Shown here: positions 26,937 through 36,718 of the stretch, one piece after another
Layout: each line of letters starts with the position of its first letter
How positions within the stretch are numbered: the stretch's first letter is position 1
From: Acidobacteriota bacterium
GTDB taxonomy: Bacteria > Acidobacteriota > UBA890 > WLXD01
Direction of reading: 5' to 3'
DNA: 64,000 nt
Assembly: GCA_965205505.1 (NCBI GenBank)
Contig: CBDBHB010000007.1
Coordinates: forward strand, 320,001-384,000
Program-made: the position numbers and the translations under genes
Notes under the pieces: generated by a model
What the model saw: only the letters and a program-made list of their open reading frames with translations
The model's database searches: none
Told to the model about the DNA's origin: nothing

Positions 26937-27106
26937 TTACCAAACACTCCCATCCAGCGATTCTGCAATAAGGGGAGCGCACGCTGTGCGCACCCCGTCC
27001 GGGAGCCAGGGTAGCAGCTTTCCCTCGATGAAGGGCAGTAGGTGCGGCCGGTCGCCTCTGCGTTGGAGTCCGGCGCGCCGGCGGTGGTGGTAGCGTCGAA
27101 CGCGCT

Positions 27107-27949
27107 TCAGCCCAGCCGTCGCATGGTCCAGCTCACTAGCCGCGGCAACATCCACAGAAAAGCCAGCGGCATTGCGATGGTCTGCAAGGTGAATACCACG
27201 ACCAGGTGCAACAGCTGCTCGGTTACCGTCGCCAGCCGCTGGCGGAACGCTTCGATTCGTTCGCGGACATCGAGGCGCTCGACGGTATCGGCGAACCACG
27301 CCGAGACGCGCTGCATCCAGGTTGCATCGGCGTCGAGCTCACTTTCGACGCCGAGTCGCTCCAGCTCGCGGATGTCGCCGCTGGTCTGCTCGATGGCTCC
27401 GACCGCCTCGGCTTGGGTGGAAGCCAGGAAGTGCTCGAAGAAAAGGCCGGAGCCGAGCGCATAGAGCGGCAATGCAAACCGCACAACCAGGGCCACGACG
27501 AAGGCGCCGGCAATAAGCTGGCGGACCGGCTCGTCGACCGCCTCGGGGTACCAGAGCACGGCGATCCGGGCGATGGTAAGCAACCCTAACAACACGCCGA
27601 GCACCCACCACTGGCTGACGCGCAGGAGTACGCTCTGCAGCCCCAGCGAGGTCGTGGCGATGAGCATGAGCGATGAGAACTGCTCCACCAGATCGTTTAC
27701 CGGGTCGAGCAACTCGCCGGCGCTGACCGTCACCCCTATCCCCGCCGGCTGCAACGCGATCTCGGTGCCCTGCGCCAGGGAGATCGCACCGTCGAGCGTA
27801 CGCGCGGCTGCGAAGGTGATCAGCGCGCGTCGAAACACCGCGCCCGATATCTCCTGTGCACGTCGATCGATCGCCCCCGTAGCAGTCAACGCCAGCAAAG
27901 CGATGAGCGCGATGGTGCCGCCGAGACGGAGTCTCTGAGGCGCAATCAT
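27107..27949 (-). CDS. Hypothetical membrane protein
   Basis: MIAPQRL...; FAAARTLDGAISLAQGT...LDPVNDLVEQFS; several hydrophobic segments. The ORF-track start at 28615 overlaps the neighbouring gene. Confidence 0.7.
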   Translation of the reverse strand: MIAPQRLRLGGTIALIALLALTATGAIDRRAQEISGAVFRRALITFAAARTLDGAISLAQGTEIALQPAGIGVTVSAGELLDPVNDLVEQFSSLMLIATTSLGLQSVLLRVSQWWVLGVLLGLLTIARIAVLWYPEAVDEPVRQLIAGAFVVALVVRFALPLYALGSGLFFEHFLASTQAEAVGAIEQTSGDIRELERLGVESELDADATWMQRVSAWFADTVERLDVRERIEAFRQRLATVTEQLLHLVVVFTLQTIAMPLAFLWMLPRLVSWTMRRLG

Positions 27950-27974
27950 CGGGGCTCTCCTGCCACCGTAACGC

Positions 27975-29375
27975 TCACCGGCCGCGCGTGTACCAGACGC
28001 CGCCGCTACCGTCGTAGCTCTCGCCGGCGCCCCAGACAATGTGGTTGCGCCCGTCGCCGTCGACGGCAAGCTGGAAGTAATCACCGTAGGGGAAGGCGTA
28101 CCCATCGAGGTCGGAGTAGCTGGTCTCCGGCCCCCCGCCAGAGAGGCGTACGCGGCCCTTCCAGGTGGCACCGGCGTCGGCGGTACGCGCCAGCCAGGTG
28201 TTCCACCGCGCCTGTGGAGCATGGCGGTCGTCCATCCAGGCGATGCGGAAGTCTCCGGCTTCCGGACCTGCAACGACGACCGGGAACGCAAAGTCGACAA
28301 GCGGTGAAGGGCGCGGAAACGGTCGGCGCGGGCCCCACCGGCTGGCGTCAGTCGAGGTTCTATACCAGAGGCGCTGCGAACGACCGCCACGGACACCGGC
28401 GTTATACACGAGCATGAAAGTGCCGCCGGCATCGACGGCAAGGTCGGCACGCGGCCCCAGGAACCCGAAGTAACAGCCCTCCGCCCAATCACACGCGGGG
28501 GCCTCGGCTGAGCTGTCGACTCGCGCACTGACCCACGACCCGCCACCATCGGTAGAACGCACCACGTTGAGATGCGCTTCGCCCTCGTAGCTCTGGGAGT
28601 AGTCGACGGCGGCAATGACCACCTCGCCGTTGGCGGCTACCACGCCGCCCGTCTGAAACCAGTACCGATCGTCATCGTTGGTGCGTACGGGCGGGGCGAA
28701 TGTCAATCCGCCGTCGTGGGAGGCGGTAATCCAACTGTCGCCGTTGCTAAACGCGACGTATACGTCCTGCCCGTCGTCGGAGATCAGCAGCAGCGGGTGA
28801 TCCGACCACCGCGGCTGTCGCTCGCCCGTGAAGTGCGCTGGCTCACTCCAGGTGATGCCGTTGTCGGTCGAGCGTGAGAACCGTACCCCCGGTCTCCATT
28901 CTTGAAGCCAGGCAGCGAACACGGTCCCGTCTGCGGCAACCGCAAGCTGTGGGTCGTTCTGCCAACCGCCGCCGGTAAACGGGTAGCGATCATCCTCCCA
29001 GCTAACACCGCCGTCGGGCGATCGCCGGAAGACCATGATCGGGTCGGGGCATCCCTCGCAGGGTGGCGCGTAGTAGCGACTTGCCATCTGGTAGACCCAG
29101 TCGGAGTTAGGGTCTGTCGCCACCGCCGGCTCCCAGTCGACATGGGGACTCCAGAGTCGCTCGCGATCCCAGCCGGCATTGCGCCCCAGCGTCGGAAGGC
29201 GCTCGATCGCCGCGTCCGATTGGTAGTCGGGCGCGCCGCGCACGCGTTGAGCATCGGGCGCACCGCGATCGCGCTGCTTCGCAGCCGCAACGCCACGGCG
29301 AGGAGGCTCAGCGGGGTCTGGAGCGCATCCTGCCGTGAGCAGCGTCAAGCTGAGAATGATCCGCAATCGGCTCAT
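27975..29375 (-). CDS. BNR/Asp-box repeat sialidase-family lipoprotein
   Basis: Lipobox TAGC; Asp-boxes SPDGGVSW, STDNGITW, SHDGGLTF, STDGGGSW, TADAGATW; C-terminal GDY. Confidence 0.8.
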   Translation of the reverse strand: MSRLRIILSLTLLTAGCAPDPAEPPRRGVAAAKQRDRGAPDAQRVRGAPDYQSDAAIERLPTLGRNAGWDRERLWSPHVDWEPAVATDPNSDWVYQMASRYYAPPCEGCPDPIMVFRRSPDGGVSWEDDRYPFTGGGWQNDPQLAVAADGTVFAAWLQEWRPGVRFSRSTDNGITWSEPAHFTGERQPRWSDHPLLLISDDGQDVYVAFSNGDSWITASHDGGLTFAPPVRTNDDDRYWFQTGGVVAANGEVVIAAVDYSQSYEGEAHLNVVRSTDGGGSWVSARVDSSAEAPACDWAEGCYFGFLGPRADLAVDAGGTFMLVYNAGVRGGRSQRLWYRTSTDASRWGPRRPFPRPSPLVDFAFPVVVAGPEAGDFRIAWMDDRHAPQARWNTWLARTADAGATWKGRVRLSGGGPETSYSDLDGYAFPYGDYFQLAVDGDGRNHIVWGAGESYDGSGGVWYTRGR

Positions 29376-29470
29376 TAGCTCATGGTAACGGAACCACTTG
29401 CTCGCCTGTCGGGCGGCCAGCACCCCGAGCGGTCGCGACGAGCGGCCGGGTCTTCGATCTAGCCGCCCGT

Positions 29471-32155
29471 TTATTGACCCGATCGAAGCCCGATGGCCGG
29501 GTCCACCGCCGCAGCCCGACGAGCCGGCAAGTATGTCGCCGCCAGCGCCACACACAGCAGCAACAACGCCATGGCAACGAAGGTCACAGGATCGCCGGCG
29601 TTGATCTCGTACAACAGGCTGTCGAGCGCCCGGGTGACGGCGAAGGCGGCCAGCAGCCCCATCAACACCCCCGCCAGCGTCACCACGGCGCCCTCGCGCA
29701 AAACCATCTGCCGTACGTCGGCAGCGCGCGCCCCCAACGCCATGCGCAGACCGATCTCCCGCGAGCGCTGGCTGACGGTATACGAGATCACTCCGTAAAG
29801 ACCGATGGTGCCGAGAAACAGTGCCACGCCCGCCGCAATGATGAGCAGCGTCATGGTGAAGCTGGTACGCACCGACGCGCTGGCGACGAGGCTCTCGAGA
29901 GTACGGATGTTGGCAATCGGCAGGTTGGCATCGGCCGCCGCGACCGCCTCCCGTATCGAGCCCGCGATGGCCAGCGGATCGCCGTTCGTACGCACCACCA
30001 GGCTAAAGGTGTACGAGAACGTGTCGTCGTCGATCGCTCCTTCGAGCATCGGATAGTAGAAGATCGGTGTGGGGTCGTCGGCGATGTCGCGGTCGCTGCC
30101 CACCACGCCTGCCACGGCGTTGAACGCCGGCCCACGCGACAGGTCCTGTCCGGCTCGCTTCTGCAGCGCCGATTCCTGCGGCCACATCTGATCGGCCAGT
30201 GCGGCGTTGACCATCACCGAGCTAGCCGCGGCGTCGTAGTTGTAACGATCAACGACCGTGCCATCGAGCAGCGGAATCCCCATCACGTCGAAGTATCCGG
30301 CCGTGGTGTGCTTGAACGTAACGACCGGCAACAACACGTTGGGATCCAGCTCGCTGCCCTCGACGTAGAGCGGATCGAAGCGCACCCCTGGAGTCAACGG
30401 CAGCGCGCTGACCGCACCGGCCCGCTGCACGCCCGGGATCGCTTCCACCCGCTCGATGATGGTGTTGAGCAAGCGCACCACATCATCTGAAGCAACGTAG
30501 TCGTTGGGCGGCGCGACGATCTGAGCGGTAAGGACACCACCGGGGCGGAAGCCGAGGTCGACATCGCGAAGACGCCAGAAGCTCTGCACCATCAGAGCCG
30601 ATCCCACCAACAATGTAAGGGCCAGCGCGACCTGCGCGGCGACCAGCAGATTGCGGCCACGATGTTGCTGGCGCGAGGCTGTGGACGACCGAGCGTCGTC
30701 CTTGAGTGTCGATGCCAGATCGGAGCGCCCGTAGCGGACGATCGGCAGGCATCCCAAAGCGACACCAGCGAGTCCCGCGAGCAAGGCGGTGAAGGCGATC
30801 ACCTCGCCGCTGACACGCACCTCGTGCAGCCGCGGGATGCCAGCCTCCGACGCCACCACTGCACCGACTCCCGCATAGGCGATCGCCAGGCCGAGAAGGC
30901 ATCCGGCACCGGCGAGCAGCAGCGCCTCAGACAGAAAGTAGCGGGCCATCTGCACCCGCGACGCCCCCAGCGCCAGGCGCACCGCCACCTCACGATGACG
31001 GCTCTCCGATCGCACCAGGAACAAGTTGGCTACGTTGGCGCAGGCGATCGTCAACAGCAACGCGACGCTGCCGAGCAACACCCAAAGCGCCCGCCCGATG
31101 CCGCCCAGGAAGTGGTCCTTGAGTGGTTCGACGAGAAGCGTGAGGCCCGAGCTCTCGATCATTTCTGGCGGCACACCGTAGACCTCCGACAACGCCGGAA
31201 TGAGGCCGTCGAGCTCGGCCTTCACCTGCGCCGGGGTTACGCCGGGCCGCATGCGCCCGACGCCGGGTCGGAAGAGCCCGCCGAAGCGGATATCGTCGGG
31301 GCTCGGGTTGGTGGTGGTGTACAGATCGACACCGGGGCTCGGAAAATTGACTCCACGTGGCAGCACGCCGATTACCTCGCGGGGGCGGCTGTTGATCCGC
31401 AGGGTGCGCCCGACAATCTCCGCATCACCGCCGTAGCGGCGCTGCCAAAATCCGTGACTGAGAATCACCGTGTTGGGCTCCGGCGTGGCATTGTCGGCCT
31501 CGCTGAAGTCGCGCCCCAGCAGCGGCCGTATCCCGAGTGTGTTGAGCAGCGGTGGGATGGTCGTTACCACGTTGATGCGCTCCGGCTCCCCCTCACCCGA
31601 CAGGTTGGCCGACGTCTCGACGATGAACGCGGCGTTCTCCAGGGTTTGCGTGTGCTCCATGTAGTGAAGGTAAGTACCGTACGAGAGCCCGATCACCGGC
31701 AAGTCGAGTCCGGGCGCTGAATGTTCGAGAGCGACGAGACGATCCGGAGCCTCATAAGGCAGCGGCTGGATGAGCACGCCGTGCACGAGGCTGAAGATGG
31801 CGGAGTTGGCGCCGATCCCGAGCCCGAGCGTAACTACGGCAGCGAGGCTGAATCCGGGGGCCTTCACCAATCTACGGGTTGCCTGTAGCAGTGCAGCAAG
31901 GGTGCTTTCCATAGCTGAGCTCGCGTCGAGGTTGGAGGGATATTGCCGGGAGATGGCGGCACGATGGCGAAGGCTGGGACCGATGGAGCGCGCCAGCTCG
32001 CGCCAGTACCATGCCGCGACGTCGGCCGGGCGATCACCGCCTTGCAATCGCCGCCGATAGTCTTCGGAGAGATCGTCGAGGATGAACTGCCGGTGCTTCG
32101 GCGCCAGCACACGGCGAAGCACGGCCCTGGCAATTCGTGGCGGCTGGGCGCTCAT
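29471..32155 (-). CDS. Duplicated orphan ABC permease (ADOP)
   Basis: LGLGIGANSAIFS, IACANVANLFL, REVAVRLALGA, REIGLRMALGA, PARRAAAVDP. Confidence 0.9.
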   Translation of the reverse strand: MSAQPPRIARAVLRRVLAPKHRQFILDDLSEDYRRRLQGGDRPADVAAWYWRELARSIGPSLRHRAAISRQYPSNLDASSAMESTLAALLQATRRLVKAPGFSLAAVVTLGLGIGANSAIFSLVHGVLIQPLPYEAPDRLVALEHSAPGLDLPVIGLSYGTYLHYMEHTQTLENAAFIVETSANLSGEGEPERINVVTTIPPLLNTLGIRPLLGRDFSEADNATPEPNTVILSHGFWQRRYGGDAEIVGRTLRINSRPREVIGVLPRGVNFPSPGVDLYTTTNPSPDDIRFGGLFRPGVGRMRPGVTPAQVKAELDGLIPALSEVYGVPPEMIESSGLTLLVEPLKDHFLGGIGRALWVLLGSVALLLTIACANVANLFLVRSESRHREVAVRLALGASRVQMARYFLSEALLLAGAGCLLGLAIAYAGVGAVVASEAGIPRLHEVRVSGEVIAFTALLAGLAGVALGCLPIVRYGRSDLASTLKDDARSSTASRQQHRGRNLLVAAQVALALTLLVGSALMVQSFWRLRDVDLGFRPGGVLTAQIVAPPNDYVASDDVVRLLNTIIERVEAIPGVQRAGAVSALPLTPGVRFDPLYVEGSELDPNVLLPVVTFKHTTAGYFDVMGIPLLDGTVVDRYNYDAAASSVMVNAALADQMWPQESALQKRAGQDLSRGPAFNAVAGVVGSDRDIADDPTPIFYYPMLEGAIDDDTFSYTFSLVVRTNGDPLAIAGSIREAVAAADANLPIANIRTLESLVASASVRTSFTMTLLIIAAGVALFLGTIGLYGVISYTVSQRSREIGLRMALGARAADVRQMVLREGAVVTLAGVLMGLLAAFAVTRALDSLLYEINAGDPVTFVAMALLLLCVALAATYLPARRAAAVDPAIGLRSGQ

Positions 32156-32478
32156 TGCGATCCCAGCTCGACGCCGTCCCACATGCGCTGCATGGCCTCA
32201 CGGGCATCAGCCAGAGCGCGTTCGCCGTCGGGGCGAATGCGGAAGTGCTTGCGTGCCCGCCCGCCGCGCTCACGAATCGGCTCCGACAGCCAGACCTGCA
32301 CATAGCCGCGCCGTTGCAGTCGATCGAGAGCCGCGTACACCGCCGCCATCGACACCGGGCGCTGCGCCCGCGCCTCGATCTCCTCGCGCACGGTGACTCC
32401 GTAGGCATCGGTGCCCAGCCGCGCCAGCGACAACAGCACGAACTGTTCGATCTCATTCAGCGATGCGGATCGGCTCAT
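32152..32478 (-). CDS. PadR family transcriptional regulator
   Basis: EIEQFVLLSLARL, AYGVTVREEI, AVYAALDRL, RGGRARKHF; ATGA overlap with the permease. Confidence 0.9.
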   Translation of the reverse strand: MSRSASLNEIEQFVLLSLARLGTDAYGVTVREEIEARAQRPVSMAAVYAALDRLQRRGYVQVWLSEPIRERGGRARKHFRIRPDGERALADAREAMQRMWDGVELGSQ

Positions 32479-32574
32479 GAGTCTGAGTACGACCAGGCTT
32501 TCTTCTTGTTTCAAGAAAAAACACACGGGCCGATCCGGTCGAGACGTCGCGCGTCGAGTGGTATGAAGGGGTGC

Positions 32575-32877
32575 ATGACGCACCTATCAGAATCGGATCT
32601 GGTCAACTTCGGGCGTGACGAGCTGGGCGAACGTAAGAAGGCCCGCATCATCGCCCACTGCAAGGAGTGCCCGCCTTGCGCCGACCGCCTCATCGACGCC
32701 GCCCGGGAGCACGCACCAGACCCAGGACCGATCAAGCTATCGCTCTGGAACAAGATCTCGCTGGTCGCCATGGTGGTGGCGCTGATCGCCATCGTGCTCG
32801 GGATGTTCTGGTTCTTCCGCCAACTCGGCGACATGGGGCGCATCCCACCGACTATGGAGACCCCGAATGACCCATAA
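32575..32877 (+). CDS. zf-HC2 (zinc anti-sigma-like) small membrane protein
   Basis: HLS...AHCKECPPC (HxxxCxxC) followed by one TM helix. Confidence 0.65.
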   Translation: MTHLSESDLVNFGRDELGERKKARIIAHCKECPPCADRLIDAAREHAPDPGPIKLSLWNKISLVAMVVALIAIVLGMFWFFRQLGDMGRIPPTMETPNDP

Positions 32878-34585
32878 GCCCAGTCCTCACTGCTGCAAAG
32901 TGATAGCTCTGGCCTCGCTGCTCGGGTTCGTCATCACCACAGCGAGCGTGGCGTTGGCGCCGGCCGCGCTGCCAACCGGGCCCACCGTCGCGGCCAACGG
33001 GATGGTGGCCTCGCCCGAACCGTTCGCCACCGACGTTGGAGTGGCGATTCTCCAGGCAGGCGGGAACGCCTTCGACGCCACGGCAGCGGTGCATTTCGCG
33101 CTCGCGGTGACCTATCCCACTGCTGGCAACATCGGTGGCGGTGGTTTCCTCGTCGGCCTGCCGGCTAACGGGAAGCCGTTCGCGCTCGACTTCCGCGAGG
33201 CAGCGCCGTCGGCAGCCGCCGGCGACATGTATCTCGATGCCGACGGCGAAATGATCGACGGGCTCAGCACGCGCACGCACAAGGCCGTCGGCGTGCCTGG
33301 AAGCGTCGACGGCATGCTCAAGCTAGTGGAGCGCCACGGCAAGTTGAGCCGCCAGCAAGTGCTCGCACCAGTCATTGCCTTGGCGCGCGATGGTTTCCCG
33401 GTTTCGTATCGGCTCAGCAGCAGCCTGCGGCGATCAGACAAGCTGCGCCAGTTTCCGGCCACTGTCGCGGCATTCGGGTTGGATGGAGATGGGCCCTCAA
33501 TGGGTACCGTGCTCGTCCAGTCCGACCTGGCAAGCACTCTGGAGACGGTCTCGCGACAGGGCCGCGCCGGGTTCTATTCGGGACGCGTCGCCGATCTCAT
33601 CGTGGCCGACATGCAGGCTCACGACGGGCTGATTACCCACGCCGACCTGGAGAGCTACAGCGCCGCGTGGCCTGCTCCCCTCGTGTTCACGCATGGCGAC
33701 TACGAGTGGATCACCCACCCAGTGCCGAGCTCGGGCAGCATGACGATCGCACAAATGCTCGGACTGTTGCATGTGCCGACGATGAAGGCGGCCGGCTACC
33801 ACTCCTCGAAAGCAATCGCGATGACCACCGAGGCGCAGCGGCTGGCGTTCGCCGACCGCAATTACTGGCTAGGCGACCCGAGCTTCTTCGACGTCTCGGT
33901 GGCACGCTTGACCTCGTCACGGTACATCGAACGGCGGCGACGCTTGTTGCCGGCAGACGGCCTTGCTGGCGACAGCGACGGCGTCGCCCACGGGCAGGCG
34001 GAGTCCGAAGAGACCATGCACTACACCGTCGTCGACCGGTGGGGCAACGTCGCCGCCGTCACCACGACCCTCAACAGCGGCTACGGCATGGGCGCCGTGG
34101 CCACCGGCGCCGGATTCCTGTGGAACAACCAGATGGACAACTTTTCGGCCAAACCGGGGGTTCCCAACCAGTACGGAATGCTGGGCGCTGAGGCCAACGC
34201 CATCGAGCCCGGCAAGCGCCCGCTGTCGTCGATGACCCCGTCCATCATCCGGCGAGACGGCGAGTTCTTCATGACGATGGGGAGTCCCGGCGGCCCGACG
34301 ATCATCAACACCGTGTTGCAGATCTACCTGAACGTCACCGTCTGGGGCATGGACATCCAGAAAGCCATCGATGCCCAGCGCATCCACAGCCAGTGGTTCC
34401 CGGACGTCATTTACCACGAACGCTTCGCAATCTCCGCCGACACGCAAGCCGAACTCTGGCGAATGGGCTACGAGCTCCGCGAACGCAGCGCCATCGGGAT
34501 GGCCGCCGGCATCATGCGCACGCCGGAGGGCTATCTCGCCGGCCACGCGGACCGTCGTGGCGCCGGGACCGCCAAGGGCTACTAG
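32867..34585 (+). CDS. ggt: Gamma-glutamyltransferase
   Basis: GGNAFDA, AGNIGGGGF, DFREAAP, ESEETMHY (nucleophile Thr), NNQMDNF, PGKRPLSSMTP, GSPGG. Confidence 0.92.
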   Translation: MTHKPSPHCCKVIALASLLGFVITTASVALAPAALPTGPTVAANGMVASPEPFATDVGVAILQAGGNAFDATAAVHFALAVTYPTAGNIGGGGFLVGLPANGKPFALDFREAAPSAAAGDMYLDADGEMIDGLSTRTHKAVGVPGSVDGMLKLVERHGKLSRQQVLAPVIALARDGFPVSYRLSSSLRRSDKLRQFPATVAAFGLDGDGPSMGTVLVQSDLASTLETVSRQGRAGFYSGRVADLIVADMQAHDGLITHADLESYSAAWPAPLVFTHGDYEWITHPVPSSGSMTIAQMLGLLHVPTMKAAGYHSSKAIAMTTEAQRLAFADRNYWLGDPSFFDVSVARLTSSRYIERRRRLLPADGLAGDSDGVAHGQAESEETMHYTVVDRWGNVAAVTTTLNSGYGMGAVATGAGFLWNNQMDNFSAKPGVPNQYGMLGAEANAIEPGKRPLSSMTPSIIRRDGEFFMTMGSPGGPTIINTVLQIYLNVTVWGMDIQKAIDAQRIHSQWFPDVIYHERFAISADTQAELWRMGYELRERSAIGMAAGIMRTPEGYLAGHADRRGAGTAKGY

Positions 34586-34625
34586 CAGGCCGTGGTGAAA
34601 GTGTGGTGGGTCTGGCGACTGAGTC
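34582..34625. repeat. Half copy (one terminal repeat) of the CTAG MITE family
   Basis: CTAGCAGGCCGTGGTGAAAGTGTGGTGGGTCTGGCGACTGAGTC; begins on the ggt TAG and fills the ggt-mpg gap. Confidence 0.8.
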
Positions 34626-34626
34626 G

Positions 34627-35259
34627 ATGACGAAGCGCGCTTCCGCACCGCGCCTGTCGCGGCGCTTCTTTCGGCGCGACGCGGCGACGCTGGCTCGCGC
34701 TCTGCTCGGACAGCGCCTCGTGAGCGCGGTCGGAGGGGCGAGAACGGCGGGAGTGATCGTCGAGACCGAGGCCTACCTGGGGATTCAGGACAAGGCAGCG
34801 CACACCTACGGCGGCCGGCGGAGCGCCCGCAACGGGAGCATGTGGGGCGATGGCGGCCACGCCTACGTCTACTTCGTCTATGGCATGCACCATTGCGTCA
34901 ACGCGGTCGCCGGGCGCGCTGAGGAACCGATGGGAGTACTGATCCGTGCTCTACACCCGGACGAGGGGTTGTCGCAGATGTACACGCGCCGCCAAAGGGC
35001 GCGCCACGACACCGATCTGTGCTCCGGACCGGCCAAGCTCTGTGAGGCGCTCGGCATCACTCGCCAGCTCGACGGCGTCGATCTGACCGCAGCTGGAGAG
35101 CTGTTCATCGAGCGCCGGCTCGATCGCCCGTTGCCGGAGTCGTCGGTTGTCATGGGGCCGCGCGTCGGTATTGGCTACGCGGAAGAGTGGCAGCGTGAGC
35201 TGTTGCGATTCTTCGTCCACGGAAACCCCCACGTCAGCAGCGGGCCGCGGTCGGAGTAG
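34627..35259 (+). CDS. mpg: DNA-3-methyladenine glycosylase (MPG/AAG family)
   Basis: GVIVETEAYLG, AYVYFVYGMHHC, VLIRA, SGPAKLCEALGI, GPRVGI. Confidence 0.88.
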   Translation: MTKRASAPRLSRRFFRRDAATLARALLGQRLVSAVGGARTAGVIVETEAYLGIQDKAAHTYGGRRSARNGSMWGDGGHAYVYFVYGMHHCVNAVAGRAEEPMGVLIRALHPDEGLSQMYTRRQRARHDTDLCSGPAKLCEALGITRQLDGVDLTAAGELFIERRLDRPLPESSVVMGPRVGIGYAEEWQRELLRFFVHGNPHVSSGPRSE

Positions 35260-35290
35260 TTCATTTTGGTGGGTTGACGCTAGCGGCGTG

Positions 35291-36208
35291 CTAGCAGGCC
35301 GACGGTGGAGCGACGATCAGCGCGTGACGGCGCAGCAGCTCGATCTCGATCTCACGCCGAGGCGGCATCGGGTCGCCGTCGACTTGCCAGCGGAACGGCC
35401 GCTTGGCGGTAACCCGATAAGACACGGCGCCGCCGTACTCTGCCACCATCTCCGGCACGCGGCGATGCAGTATCGCGGCGGCGATGGTCCAGAGCACGAA
35501 CCACGGCGCCGAGCGGCGGTTGGCCTGATGGTCGAGGCGCCCGTCTCGGATGTCGGCTCCGGGGGTCATCGCCCAACCGAGCCCGTACGTCTCGGCGTTG
35601 CTGAACACAGCGGAGGGATAGCGTCGAGACAGTACCTTCCCGTCGGCTTCGATGCAGACGCGGTTCGGAATCGCTCTCAGCAGCAACGGTGGAAGGCCAG
35701 CTAGCACGTAGAGAGCACTAGAGCCGCCGTGCCGATAGAGCCACCCGCCGAGACGGGTACGGCGCAGCCGGTCAACGCCGGTAATGGTCCAGCCGTCGTA
35801 TCCGACGCTGACCATGCTCAGGAAGATCAAATCATCGACGCGGCCGACATCGATCGCCAGCGGCTCCCCGGAGGTGAGCAGCGGGATGGAATGCTCGGCG
35901 CGGCGCGGGATATTCAACTCGCGCGCCAGCACATTCGCATTGCCCATCGGCACGAAGCCGACGGGAACCGGTGCGCCATCGAGCCCGGCGACTGCCTCCC
36001 GTACGGTACCGTCGCCACCGACGACGACAATCAGGTCGGCGGTATCGAGACACGCCTGCGCCAGCTCGGTGGCGTGCCCGGCCGCGTTGGTCGGTCGAAC
36101 GCCAACTTCCCAGCCGCGCTCCTCGAGGTGGATCCGGGCCTCGTCTGCGACGCGCATCGGTGCACCCTGGCCGGCGATCGGGTTGACGATGACTTCGGCG
36201 CGCTGCAT
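35291..36208 (-). CDS. Diacylglycerol kinase family lipid kinase (YegS/DgkB-like)
   Basis: IVNPIAG, GGDGTVRE, PMGNANVLAREL, QVDGD. Confidence 0.85.
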   Translation of the reverse strand: MQRAEVIVNPIAGQGAPMRVADEARIHLEERGWEVGVRPTNAAGHATELAQACLDTADLIVVVGGDGTVREAVAGLDGAPVPVGFVPMGNANVLARELNIPRRAEHSIPLLTSGEPLAIDVGRVDDLIFLSMVSVGYDGWTITGVDRLRRTRLGGWLYRHGGSSALYVLAGLPPLLLRAIPNRVCIEADGKVLSRRYPSAVFSNAETYGLGWAMTPGADIRDGRLDHQANRRSAPWFVLWTIAAAILHRRVPEMVAEYGGAVSYRVTAKRPFRWQVDGDPMPPRREIEIELLRRHALIVAPPSAC

Positions 36209-36219
36209 GTGATGCTTAT

Positions 36220-36265
36220 CAGGCCGTGGTGGAAGTGAGGCCGGCCTGGTTGCGGCGAGTTGGGG
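36220..36265. repeat. Degenerate left end of the CTAG MITE family
   Basis: CAGGCCGTGGTGGAAGTGAGGCCGGCCTGGTTGCGGCGAGTTGGGG, similar to 25153-25198. Confidence 0.7.
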
Positions 36266-36309
36266 TCACTCCGTGCATACGACTCTTGCGGCTCCCCGAG
36301 GCTATCAAG

Positions 36310-36342
36310 GCAAAGGCCCCGACGCCGTTCGGCGCCGGGGCC
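36310..36342 (-). terminator. GC hairpin, probable terminator for a minus-strand transcript
   Basis: Minus strand reads GGCCCCGGCGCCG-AA-CGGCGTCGGGGCC then TTTG. Confidence 0.55.
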
Positions 36343-36449
36343 CTGCCATAGCTGTTGGTCGGTGACAGTGGGATTCCCCGCTAGGGGGCGCGTCCCTCTG
36401 CAGCGCCAATAAACGCTGGAGCCTTCAGCTCTAAAAGAAGGATCTCCCG

Positions 36450-36494
36450 TTACGGGGCTGCCACCTCCGTCAAGCCGTGTTTGTCAGATAACAC
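36450..36494 (-). other. Candidate 14-aa small ORF (MLSDKHGLTEVAAP) in a structured intergenic region
   Basis: AAAAGGAGGTGATCTAA directly before the GTG; TAA lies in the hairpin CCCGTAACGGG. Confidence 0.45.
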
Positions 36495-36718
36495 TTAGAT
36501 CACCTCCTTTTCGAGCGAGTCCGTATCGGCGGATCCCATTACCGCCCGGCTCAATAGGCCGCTCATAGCCTCGACCGAACCGTCACGCGTATCCCTCCGG
36601 AAACCGTGAGAAACCTTTTGCCGAGCAGCCCGATTCGGTACCGCGACTGCCCCAGGCGCTCGAATCAATGAGCGCCCAGCTGGATCGTAGCATGCGATCC
36701 GTTGTTCACTACCGGTCG

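Noticed and set aside
34000-34035. GGT possibly inactive because TTH reads TMH
   Set aside because: The first Thr (the autoprocessing nucleophile) is retained; only the next residue differs.
36498-36511. GATCACCTCCTTT as part of a 16S rRNA gene
   Set aside because: Only the 13-nt tail matches; the flanks have no rRNA sequence.
36300-36660. tmRNA or c-di-GMP riboswitch
   Set aside because: No tRNA-like ends (GGGG...TTCGA...CCA), the peptide has its own RBS and start, and the GGCAAA is not followed by the rest of the GEMM consensus.
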